A stretch of DNA of 62,730 bases, filler included, from Aduncisulcus paluster (taxonomy: Eukaryota): the NCBI GenBank assembly GCA_024181965.1. It is 9 parts of 9 records of this genome, joined end to end, with 100 filler letters (N's around TTAATTAATTAA, not from the genome) between each part and the next. Parts side by side here need not be neighbours in the genome. Positions count along the whole stretch, not along the records: positions 1 to 15,017 come from BQXS01011303.1; positions 15,118 to 19,404 come from BQXS01011304.1; 7 more parts are not named here. The stretch is one strand, 5' to 3'. The notes beneath the pieces are model-generated. The model did no database searches. It saw only the letters and a program-made list of their open reading frames with translations, and had not been told where the DNA came from. Positions 9,727-19,504 of this stretch are shown here, in pieces. Each line of letters opens with the position of its first letter. The stretch's first letter is position 1. The position numbers and the translations under genes are program-made.

Positions 9727-12599
9727 TTAAACAATTGAGTCACAAAGCTGAAATAATGTGAATAGGATCTCAACAATTAGCCACAAACAGAGAAGGATTG
9801 AAATTGCCAGATAATCCTTTGGTTCAGACCATCCAACTAATACTTTGCAACGGTCATGTTCAGCCAAACATGACACCAGTGGGAATTCAAAAGGATTGGA
9901 CTGAATATGGGAGAAAAAGGTGGACATTTCAACACTTGTTAGTAATGGCCCTTCAATTTCAAGGTATATTCGAACATTCTCGAACATCCATAATAATGGA
10001 GGCAATGAATGTCTCTTCGATTTTTTTAGGCAATGGTGAAATAAATGTTTGCACTCCTTTTCAGCTTTCGCTATTGCTTCCATTAATTTATCTGTTATGA
10101 AGTTGATTTTGTCAACTTTCTTTTTTGTTGTGTCAGAATGATTGATTTTGATTCTTAGGGAGATAATAGCACCATTGGTTGATTCCCAGAAATCTACTCC
10201 ATTCCGAACAATAAATTCCTGGGTTTTTATCCATCTTTGTAATTTCACAGAGAATACATACTCGGGTTTATGAATAAGTGAAGTGTCACCGATGGATTGG
10301 AGAGGAATATAATTGGGTTTCTTATTTCTTAATTCAGTTGATACGGATTCGTTTCCAGAAGATTCGCTATGGAAATAAACAAGGGATGCAATATATTCAT
10401 GATCTGAATGTTTGAAACGATTTGCACGTTTACCACCACCAGTTCCATGCTCTTTTTTAGAACTAAATGATTTCCGAGTTGATGATTTAGAACTTCTATT
10501 TCTGTTCTTGGTTTGATACCCTTTCTCGGAAATACGGTGTGAAGAATCACTATCAGTTTGCATCTGGTTGTGTGAGGATTCAGAACTATCCCACCAATCA
10601 ACTTGATGCCGTTTTTGATATAAGCTGGAATCAATCTCTTCCGAATAAATTTCAGATATCATACCAGAAATAGGAATTGAGTGAGACGACGATTCACCCA
10701 TTCTTCCCTCAGATCCATACTCTTTTATCCCATCAGATGAAGGAGTGGTTAGATTCCTTGCTTTGTCATAAATATACTCCTTGGAACCAAATAAAGAACA
10801 TTGCGATAATGATATATTTGAATGTTGTCCCGAATGAGATTGAGGAATGGTGTCACAATCAGAGTGATCATGAATAGAGGAAGACAGGGGAGATAAAGGG
10901 TCAATATAATCCAATGCTTCTCCACTTTCAACAGTCAATATATCAGATTTTGTTCGTTCATCGAGATCAAAATGGCAACCAATATCATCGCTAACAACAT
11001 CCGAACGATCAGAGGAGCCACGACATATTCTCTCCGCATCATCATGGATAGAGACTATTCCGATTTCTTTTTTCTCAACCATCTTTTTATATATTGTTTT
11101 GAGAAAGTGTCGGGCATATGGAGATGTTGTTGTCCCGGTGGGAGAAGGCTTGGTACCTTCATGAGAAATGATTGAAAACCCTTCACTTGTTCCACACGAT
11201 TTGATTGAATTACGTGAATACATTCCAACTCTGAAATACTTGGAAAGAATATCACCAGAAGGAAGAGATCCCACGTGATATACTTTATCCCCATATACAT
11301 TTGGTAGAGGATGAAATGATGTGTCTTTTGACCAACCACAACCCTTGGCATTGGTTGACATATCAACAATGAAAGATCGAAGGCTTTGAGCAAGGTGATT
11401 TCCCAAACTCAGACATGTATCTCGTTTTGCATTCCCAACCTCTTGTGTATAATAGATGGACCGAAGGATAAACTCATACCAAGAAAGAGTAGAAACTTTC
11501 CTCATTATACCAGTTCGATGATGAATCTTTTGACGAAATAAATCAGTGACATCTGGATCTTTCTTCCTCCAATCTTTTACACATTGTTTATCTCGTGCCA
11601 TATCATTCATTATCCATGGAAATATACGGTAATTTTCATCAAATGGAGCCAAACTATATGCCATATCGAAAGAAAATCTTCTCTGCATTGACCACACAGC
11701 AAGAATTGTGTTGATGCCTTCCTCAAGATCACACAAAGGATGATATATGCCAATGTCGTGATAAATGGATGAGAGAAGAGGTGCTCCAAAGAAGGAAGAA
11801 GCAACAACCGGGGCGAACGAATGATGAACAACGCCTCCATTCTCATAATCAACAAGAATAACAGAATATGGAGAGAATAGAGTGGACGATGAAGGCAATG
11901 ANNNNNNNNNNNNNNNNNNNNGTAATTTTCATCAAATGGAGCCAAACTATATGCCATATCGAAAGAAAATCTTCTCTGCATTGACCACACAGCAAGAATT
12001 GTGTTGATGCCTTCCTCAAGATCACACAAAGGATGATATATGCCAATGTCGTGATAAATGGATGAGAGAAGAGGTGCTCCAAAGAAGGAAGAAGCAACAA
12101 CCGGGGCGAACGAATGATGAACAACGCCTCCATTCTCATAATCAACAAGAATAACAGAATATGGAGAGAATAGAGTGGACGATGAAGGCAATGAACCTTT
12201 GTGAGAGTAAGAACAAACCAATGAAGATGAATGAAAGGGTTTGGATGAAATAGTTGGGAGGAAGCGCGATTTCACCATTAAATTCATGGGTTGAATATCG
12301 CCATGAAATATCCGAGAATTGACAAGTTTTATCCATAATTCAACAAAAGATAAAATTATTTTCAGACAACATGATTCATCAATACGTTGGCCTGATGATA
12401 CAATTGATGTAAAAAATTCACAACAATTCAAATATCCATTTTTGGAAATATCTTGAAAATGAAGCTCATAATATGATTTGTCCTTAACATAATCAACCAA
12501 ATGGGCCTGAGGGAGTCCCTTCTTAGACAGTCGTTCGTTCAAAAAAATCTCTCTGCTAGGATGGCGGGAAATTTTCCGATATGTGTAAATATACGGCAT
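9727..12599 (-). CDS. Divergent protein-kinase-like protein with a long S-rich C-terminal region
   Basis: HGDIQPMN catalytic-loop-like and VILVDYE (DFG-like) motifs. ORFs 11610-12599 and 9727-11898 merge after collapsing the duplication at the 20-N gap 11902-11921. Extra 5' exon(s) are likely (TTTAG acceptor near 12618). Confidence 0.6.
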
Positions 12600-13247
12600 T
12601 AATTGGAGAAGATGGATCTAAATATTAAAAATTTAATGCCAGAATAAATGAATACTTTTGAAAATCTCGTACAATGAATATTCACAAAAAGATTCGCATA
12701 GATGACCCTGGGAAGTATATTTGAGAACGATATTGCACATAATTTGAATTTACATGTTCATTGACATAAAATTTGGTGTGATATATTCCTGATTGTTATC
12801 AAAAGGGGTCAAAATAATAAAATTATTTTATTATTAGAATTACAAGGATATTCTAATAAATTCGGATATATTTTGATACTTTTCTCCAAAAAATTACGAG
12901 AATTCTTTCAAACAAAACTCTACTACCCTCTTCCACGGCCAAAAGAGATCCGATCACCGAGTCAGCTTGTTATACTCGAATTTTGATGAAATATTAATAT
13001 TTAAGAGATGAAATAAATAATATGTACAATCAAAGACTTTGAATTACCAAAATATTCTGCATTAATATACTATTTCGGCTTTGAGAACAATTTGTTTTTA
13101 TCTCAATGAATCGTTTGCTAAATTAAATTATATTTTTAGAAAGTTTTATTATTATTTATAAATATTTCGAGAAACTTGATTTTTTTCTGAATTAAGATGT
13201 ATCTAACTTGACGATAGTTTTTCTTGACACGAGACAGATCACAACCA

Positions 13248-14153
13248 ATGAGTAGACGTTACGATTCAAGAACAACTCTATTTTCCCCAGAAGGTATGTT
13301 AATTGTTGATATCTGTGAATTATTGGACTTTTCCCGTTCTTATGCTGAATCAATTCTCCAATTCTTTCCATTCCTGTTTTCATTCTTTAATACTGATTCT
13401 ATTATATTTCCATTAATATTCATAGGAAGAATTTTTCAAGTTGAATATGCCATTGAAGCTATTAACCAAACAGGAGCTTCTCTAGGAATGATTTGTAAAG
13501 ATGGTATCTTACTATTAGCCGATAAGAAATCTACTTCAAGATTATTTGAAACCCGTCAAGAGAAAGTATATAAACTTGCAGACCATATTTCATGTGCCGT
13601 GAGTGGTTTAACAGCTGACGCCAATACATTAATTGATCATTGCCGTATTCGGGCTCAACGTTATCTATACACATATGGTGAACCTATTCCAGTTGAAGAT
13701 ATTGCTCGTGAACTCGCGGATGTCAAACAATCTTACACCCAACATGGTGGATTAAGACCTTTTGGTGCTTCCCTTCTAATTGCTGGTTGGGATGATAAAC
13801 TGGGCTTCCAACTTTATCGGACAGATCCATCTGGGAATTATGGAGGTTGGAGAGCCGCCGCTATTGGCCGGAAGTCCCGAGCAGCGACTGGTGTTCTTAG
13901 AGGTTCATTTAAAGAAGGAATGACATTTGATGAAGCAAAGAAATATGCACTCTCTGTTTTTGCAAGAACTTTAGATGCCACATCATTGTCTTCTGATAAG
14001 TTGGAAATGTGTGTCGTGAAAAGAGAGCGTGGTGAGATTGTTGTTCAATTTGTTGATGGAGATGAAGTGCAACGTCTCGCAGAAGAAGCAAAAAAAGAAC
14101 GCGACGAAAAAGAAGAAGATGAGGAAGAGAGTAGCAGTTCCATTCTGTTGTAG
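13248..14153 (+). CDS. PSMA4: 20S proteasome subunit alpha type-4 (alpha3/Pre9), one intron 13294-13425
   Basis: Removing the 132-nt GTATGT...CATAG intron gives [35 protein letters not shown] and DPSGNYGGW motifs are present. Confidence 0.93.
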   Translation: [301 protein letters not shown]

Positions 14154-14448
14154 AGAATAAAACTCGATTCATAGAAATCTACCTTTGTTAAATTCTCTTT
14201 CCTTCTTGTTCTGGTTTCAGCTTTAATTCAGATACTCAAAACTAATATTATGTTTCAAATTTCTCATTGATTTTGAAAACGGTAAAAAAAAATGTCTTAA
14301 AAAGTTCAAAACAACAGTGTCATAATAAAAATAAATTTTATTGAATTATTCGTGCACTAATAACCATATTAGCATTCAATATTGTGTTTTTAGTTTCTGT
14401 CATTCCACCACTGTTGTTATACACTAACAATCTTGTTTTGCATCCGGA

Positions 14449-15017
14449 ATGGACATATCATATTTAAAAATCCCCAGTTCTCTTGCAAGTGAGAACAATG
14501 AAAATAATCTGAACGTCAATCATAATAGAATACTCCATGAAATGAAACGCGCTCTTGGTGAAGCAAAGCGCGGACATATCATGAGAGCAAGACTAATATT
14601 ATCTGATGGAATATACAATCCCGGTGTTTCAAAGTTAGGTCCTGATGTTAAAAAATGTGCTGAAATATGGTGTTTTTTTGCTTTATTTGAAACTGCCACT
14701 GGTAATGTATCTGAAGGGTTACGACTCATTCAAGAAGCCAAAAAGAACAAAGCCATCCCTCAAATTCACGTATCTGTTGTTGAAGAAAGAATATTACGCA
14801 TAAAGGCTTCCAGTTCTCCAAAAATTCCAAAAACGCGCCCAATCTCCCGTAGAGTACTTTCTCAAAGAATTCCAGCAACCCCAAAAACCCCACGCACACC
14901 CAGAAAATCTCAATATTCCCTTCATTCTCCAACTTGCCTTGCAGTGAATCCCACCACTCCTCAAAAGTGTGTGGGATTCACTCCTCGAAGGATTTCGCAT
15001 ACTCCTATTCATTCTTC
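14449..15017 (+). CDS. Protein with an Mps1/TTK-like (or CKAP2-like) TPR module, 3'-partial
   Basis: VKKCAEIWCFFALFETATGNVSEGLRLIQEAKKNKAIP resembles the Mps1 N-terminal TPR helix pair and is followed by many S/T-P-x-K/R sites. Cut by the linker. Confidence 0.5.
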
Positions 15018-15117
15018 NNNNNNNNNNNNNNNNNNNNNNNNNNNNNNNNNNNNNNNNNNNNTTAATTAATTAANNNNNNNNNNNNNNNNNNNNNNNNNNN
15101 NNNNNNNNNNNNNNNNN
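15018..15117. other. Artificial contig linker N44-TTAATTAATTAA-N44 (also 19405-19504, 23958-24057, 36095-36194, 43894-43993, 48522-48621, 52916-53015, 59330-59429)
   Basis: Identical 100-nt six-frame-stop spacer at eight positions; genes are truncated at the linkers. Confidence 0.97.
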
Positions 15118-15118
15118 A

Positions 15119-18100
15119 TCAAGGACATCCAACAGGAAGGGGAAGCCGGTGTCTGCTAGGATGGTCTCTTCAGCCCATGCTAGTAAAGTTCCTACTGAAT
15201 ATCTCTCGATCGTTCTTGAAAATGGTGTGGAGAAACCGATCACGGCGGTACTGGATTCAGGATGTGAGGAGAGCATAATAGATCCTCACGTGCTACCGTT
15301 TGAGGGGCAGTTCGAGGAGGAAGAGGTCGAAGTCGAGTTATCTCTGGCTGATGGTAGTAGCACCATGGTGAATAGGAGAGTGAAGGTCCCGCTGAAGTTT
15401 AAAGGAGCATTTGGAAAAGACTTGTTCATTTCAGAGTGGATGCTTGTTCTGGAACTCGGAAGGACTAGAAAGGTGGATGCCTTGATTTGTTACTCAACTA
15501 TCAAGAGGCTGGATCTTTTTGGGAGAAGAGGAACTGGCATCGAAGACGAGGAGTTGGAGGAGTGGTTCGATGAACCACAAGAGATTGATGTGTCTGGGCA
15601 TATCTTGGTCGAGGACGATTGTCTTCGCCCACAGTTACAACCGATCCTTTTGGAATATGAAAGGAATGACAGACCAGACGAGCCGTCAAAGATCACGCCC
15701 ATGAGGTTAGACTTGTTGGGAGACTGCTCACGACTGGCTCAACCGCCACGGCGATTGCCATTCCACAGACAAGAGTTTGTCAAGGAGCAGGTGGCTGAGT
15801 GGTTGCACGATGGAATAATTGAAAACTCAAGTAGTGAGTTTGCTGCACCAGTGGTTGTAGTTCCGAAGAAAGGTGATCAGTTGAGATTATGCGTGGACTA
15901 CAGGAAAACCAACGAGCATATAAAGATGTTGAGATTCCCACTTCCGAAGATAGACATTATCTTTCATGCTTTGGAGGGGAAGAAGTGGTTCGCTGTGTTT
16001 GACTTAAAGGCGGGTTATCATCAAATTTTGATGGATAAAAGCTCAGCGCACATCACAGCATTTGTGACCTTTAATGGTCTCTATCAATTTCGAAGAGTCC
16101 CATTCGGGCTGAGTATTGCCCCAGCATATTTTCAAATGAGTATGGCTCGGGTATTTGCTGATCTTCTATACAAAACATGCATTGTTTACATCGATGACAT
16201 TATAGTGTATGGGGAGACCGAGCAGGAGTTTGTGGAGAATGTACAACGAGTATTAAGGAGGTTAAATGAGTATAATTTATCTCTTAATCGAAAGAAATGC
16301 AAGGTGGCAGTGCATCAAGTGGAGTACTTGGGCTTTATCGTTGACAAATTGGGTAAACATATTCATCCGTCAAGACTCCAGGCTCTGAAGGAAATGGAAC
16401 CTCCAAAGTCCATTCGGGCGGTAAGAAGACTCATGGGTACATTAAATTATTTGAGGGAGTTCATTAAAGACTTCGCTGTTGTAACAGCACCGATTAGTGA
16501 CCTGTTGCGAAGAAAATCTAAGATAGATTGGACAGAACCACAACAGAAAGCTTGGGAAGAGGCTTGTCGGTTATTGGACGGGAACAAGACTTTGTTCCAT
16601 TATAATCCTGAATTAGATTTAATTCTGAGAACCGATGCATCCAATATCGGTATGGGAGGAATGCTATTGCAAAAAAAAGACGGAAAAGAATTACCGTTGG
16701 CGTTTTTTGCGAAGAAATTTTCCGAACAAGAGCGAAGATGGTGCACTTTGGAGCAAGAAGCTTACGCAGTAATTTGGTGTCTGAGGAAATCTCGCCATTT
16801 CGTGATCGGAAGGAAAGTTGAGATTGAAACTGATCATCGTAACCTGACATTTATCTTGAAAACAACCTCCCCGAAGATTATGAGGTGGAGGATGGAACTT
16901 GCGGAGTACCAGTTTACTATCACCCATATTCCGGGAAAGGAGAATGTAGTGGCAGATTATTTATCGAGGAAAAATGCTGGAGGGAAGATGCAGGTATGTT
17001 CTGTTTTCAAATCCTCGTTGGAGATCGACAAGGTAGCAGACAGGATCAAGAGAAGTCAGAAGGACAACTTCTCCGATGATGATAAAGAGCAGTATTTTGA
17101 AGTGGATGGTTTCTTGAGAACTGAGGAGGGAGACATTGCTATTCCAGATGCAGATAAGGAGCTCCAGAGAGAATTGGTCACGATCTTACACGGACATGTG
17201 TTGGGAGGACACCATGGAATTGCTGGAACGTTTCAGCAGTTGATGGACGCTGGGCTCTGGTGGAAGTCTCGTCGAGAAACTGTAGCCGATGTGGTTCGGT
17301 CATGTCTGACATGCCAAAAGAACAGAAGACTCCCGCATCCGAAGGTGATGGGTTCGATCATGAAGTCTCGTCCCTTTGAAGAGATCTCGGTGGACACATT
17401 TGGACCAGTGGTGCCGAATGAGACATGTGAATACCATTATCTGATAGTCATAGTCGATAATTTTTCCCGGTTCATCGAATTGGTACCGGCTAAGACTGCC
17501 ACCGGCCGAGAGGCAGCGGATGCGATCATCACAGCGGTGATAGCGAGGCATGGCGTCCCAGAGGCACTGAGAACTGATGGTGGGCGACAGTATAAGAATA
17601 CATTAATGAATCAACTGTGTGAAAGGTTGAAGCTGGCCCATACCATCACAACTGCTCATCACCACGAGGAGAACGGAATAGTAGAGAGATACAACCAGGA
17701 GATTTTAAAACATTTGAGGAAAATGTACAGTCAGGGCCTTAAAAAGAGTGAATGGGGAACAGCGGTTCCTCTGATTATGTCCATTTTGAATGATAAGCAA
17801 GTGGCAACGACAGGAAAGTCTCCTAGGGAATTGGTTTATGGATCGAGAGCAAGAAGTCGGAGTTTGTTCAAGCAGCTTCATGGGGATGGAGTTGAGGAAG
17901 ATGAAGAGGCGATGAAAGAGGTGTATAAGAAATATTTAGCCCTCATGGACCTCAGATTAGAACAAAACATCACCCAAGCGCTTGATAAGCAAGAGAAGGT
18001 TCAAGATGCTCAAACAAAACGTTATGATAAAGCAGAAGAATTTTCTCCTGGAGAAAAAGTTCTCCTCGAACGAATTAAGCGACAGAATAAGTCTCAAGCC

Positions 18101-18463
18101 ATAAATCTAGGCCCTTATGTTGTAGAGAGACAGAAGAGCAGATTCTATTATATAATCAAGGGTTTGAATGGTGAAAAACCACAATCAGTGCACATATCAA
18201 GACTTAGACGGTACATAAGCAGTGCCTCAGAGGAAGAGGAAAAGGAATCTCAAGCCATAGATGAAGAAGAATACCAAATTGAAGAAATATTGGCCCATAG
18301 AGGAAGAAAAGGGAGAAGAAGTAGGGAATTTAAGGTTAAATGGATGGGATACGAGGAAGAGGAAGCAACTTGGTTACCATTTTCAGCCCTTAAAGATGCC
18401 GAGAAATTAGAGGATTATTTAAAAGAACACCCAGCTCTAAAGAAAGAGATTGATAAGAAATAA
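15119..18463 (+). CDS. pol: Pol polyprotein: protease-RT-RNase H-integrase-chromodomain
   Basis: AVLDSGC; LCVDYR, FDLKAGYHQ, YIDD; TDAS, ETDH; HHCC zinc finger; DDE core (SVD, RTDGG, NGIVER); chromodomain YQIEEILAHR...FKVKWMGY...ATW. Confidence 0.96.
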   Translation, partial: SRTSNRKGKPVSARMVSSAHASKVPTEYLSIVLENGVEKPITAVLDSGCEESIIDPHVLPFEGQFEEEEVEVELSLADGSSTMVNRRVKVPLKFKGAFGKDLFISEWMLVLELGRTRKVDALICYSTIKRLDLFGRRGTGIEDEELEEWFDEPQEIDVSGHILVEDDCLRPQLQPILLEYERNDRPDEPSKITPMRLDLLGDCSRLAQPPRRLPFHRQEFVKEQVAEWLHDGIIENSSSEFAAPVVVVPKKGDQLRLCVDYRKTNEHIKMLRFPLPKIDIIFHALEGKKWFAVFDLKAGYHQILMDKSSAHITAFVTFNGLYQFRRVPFGLSIAPAYFQMSMARVFADLLYKTCIVYIDDIIVYGETEQEFVENVQRVLRRLNEYNLSLNRKKCKVAVHQVEYLGFIVDKLGKHIHPSRLQALKEMEPPKSIRAVRRLMGTLNYLREFIKDFAVVTAPISDLLRRKSKIDWTEPQQKAWEEACRLLDGNKTLFHYNPELDLILRTDASNIGMGGMLLQKKDGKELPLAFFAKKFSEQERRWCTLEQEAYAVIWCLRKSRHFVIGRKVEIETDHRNLTFILKTTSPKIMRWRMELAEYQFTITHIPGKENVVADYLSRKNAGGKMQVCSVFKSSLEIDKVADRIKRSQKDNFSDDDKEQYFEVDGFLRTEEGDIAIPDADKELQRELVTILHGHVLGGHHGIAGTFQQLMDAGLWWKSRRETVADVVRSCLTCQKNRRLPHPKVMGSIMKSRPFEEISVDTFGPVVPNETCEYHYLIVIVDNFSRFIELVPAKTATGREAADAIITAVIARHGVPEALRTDGGRQYKNTLMNQLCERLKLAHTITTAHHHEENGIVERYNQEILKHLRKMYSQGLKKSEWGTAVPLIMSILNDKQVATTGKSPRELVYGSRARSRSLFKQLHGDGVEEDEEAMKEVYKKYLALMDLRLEQNITQALDKQEKVQDAQTKRYDKAEEFSPGEKVLLERIKRQNKSQAINLGPYVVERQKSRFYYIIKGLNGEKPQSVHISRLRRYISSASEEEEKESQAIDEEEYQIEEILAHRGRKGRRSREFKVKWMGYEEEEATWLPFSALKDAEKLEDYLKEHPALKKEIDKK

Positions 18464-18827
18464 GGGTATAGGTGATAAATTATGGACAGGAGGCGAGGAA
18501 AAATACTTGCAAATGGATAAAAAAAGTTCTGACAAAGGAGACATATTTTTATCAAATAATTATTTTAGATAAAACAATATAATATTTAATTATTATATTT
18601 TTAGCCATTATTATTATACACACGACAAGAAACAAAGGTTTGTAGTCACACCGATGGTATTTGTGAATGTGTTATTAATGCAGAGTTGTGAATGACATGT
18701 TCATGATGGATTCATAAATGAGTAATTAATGACTCATTAATTTCATATTAATGTATGATAAATTAGTTGTTAATAATAGCAATGGAAGTCACGAATTCAT
18801 GACCTGAATTGCTGGAGGAAAGGGTAG

Positions 18828-18930
18828 TGTTATGTTATTTTATTTATTTTTATGATTATATTTCTCATGATTCTATTTATAGAATCCGATCTGTGTTTGT
18901 ATTTTTATTAGTAAATTGACTCACGTAACA
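18828..18930 (+). repeat. 3' LTR (103 bp) of the chromovirus element
   Basis: Directly follows the PPT; TGTTA...TAACA termini; homologous to 19048-19148. Confidence 0.75.
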
Positions 18931-19047
18931 CAAGTCAAATGAAAGGTCGGATGAAGAGAGCTCAGAGGGCTCTGGCCAAGAGTCAGGGTCTGATAAGGCT
19001 CCTGAGGAAGGGGAAGACAACCAGCCTTCCCAGAAGTCAGAAGATCC

Positions 19048-19404
19048 TGTTATTATATTGTTTGTTATCGTTTTCATATGTATTTCTCATGTTCTATTTA
19101 TAGATCATATTGTTCCGATTTATTTTAGTAAATTGTACCAAGTTAACAGTATTAATACTCTGACAAAATGAGTACAAATGGCAATAACGTGCTGCTAGCA
19201 GCCCCGTTTTTGAAAAAATTTGATCGCAAGTCCTGGTTTTTATTTCACAGGGATTTTTCTGTGTACAAAGCCCGAGGTGGTGAAGCTGCGTGGATTACAT
19301 TGGTAGATCCTTGTTTACTTGAGACTCTCTTCTTGGCTACCGGATTACAGGATTCTGTGTCCGCTGAGGAATTGAAGACTGAACTTGACAAGAAATTCGG
19401 TGCT
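19048..19404 (+). mobile_element. 5' end of a second, related LTR element: 101-bp LTR (19048-19148) plus start of a gag-like ORF
   Basis: TGTTA...TAACA termini; shares TATTTCTCATG, TTCTATTTATAGA and TTAGTAAATTG blocks with the upstream LTR; an ORF starts after a 19-nt spacer. Confidence 0.7.
19168..19404 (+). CDS. Putative Gag N-terminus (partial)
   Basis: ATG just downstream of an LTR and open to the contig end. Assignment is positional only. Confidence 0.55.
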
Positions 19405-19504
19405 NNNNNNNNNNNNNNNNNNNNNNNNNNNNNNNNNNNNNNNNNNNNTTAATTAATTAANNNNNNNNNNNNNNNNNNNNNNNNNNNNNNNNNNNNNNNN
19501 NNNN

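Larger units (their letters stand above)
15118..18930 (+). mobile_element. Ty3/gypsy chromovirus-type LTR retrotransposon, 5'-truncated by contig end
   Basis: Intact pol, 3' UTR, polypurine tract GGAGGAAAGGGTAG (18814-18827), then a TGTTA...TAACA LTR. Confidence 0.93.

Noticed and set aside
9528-9761. 77-aa ORF in the structured segment as a homing endonuclease or other protein
   Set aside because: Short, no His-Cys, LAGLIDADG, HNH or GIY-YIG motif, and it overlaps the 3' end of the convergent gene.
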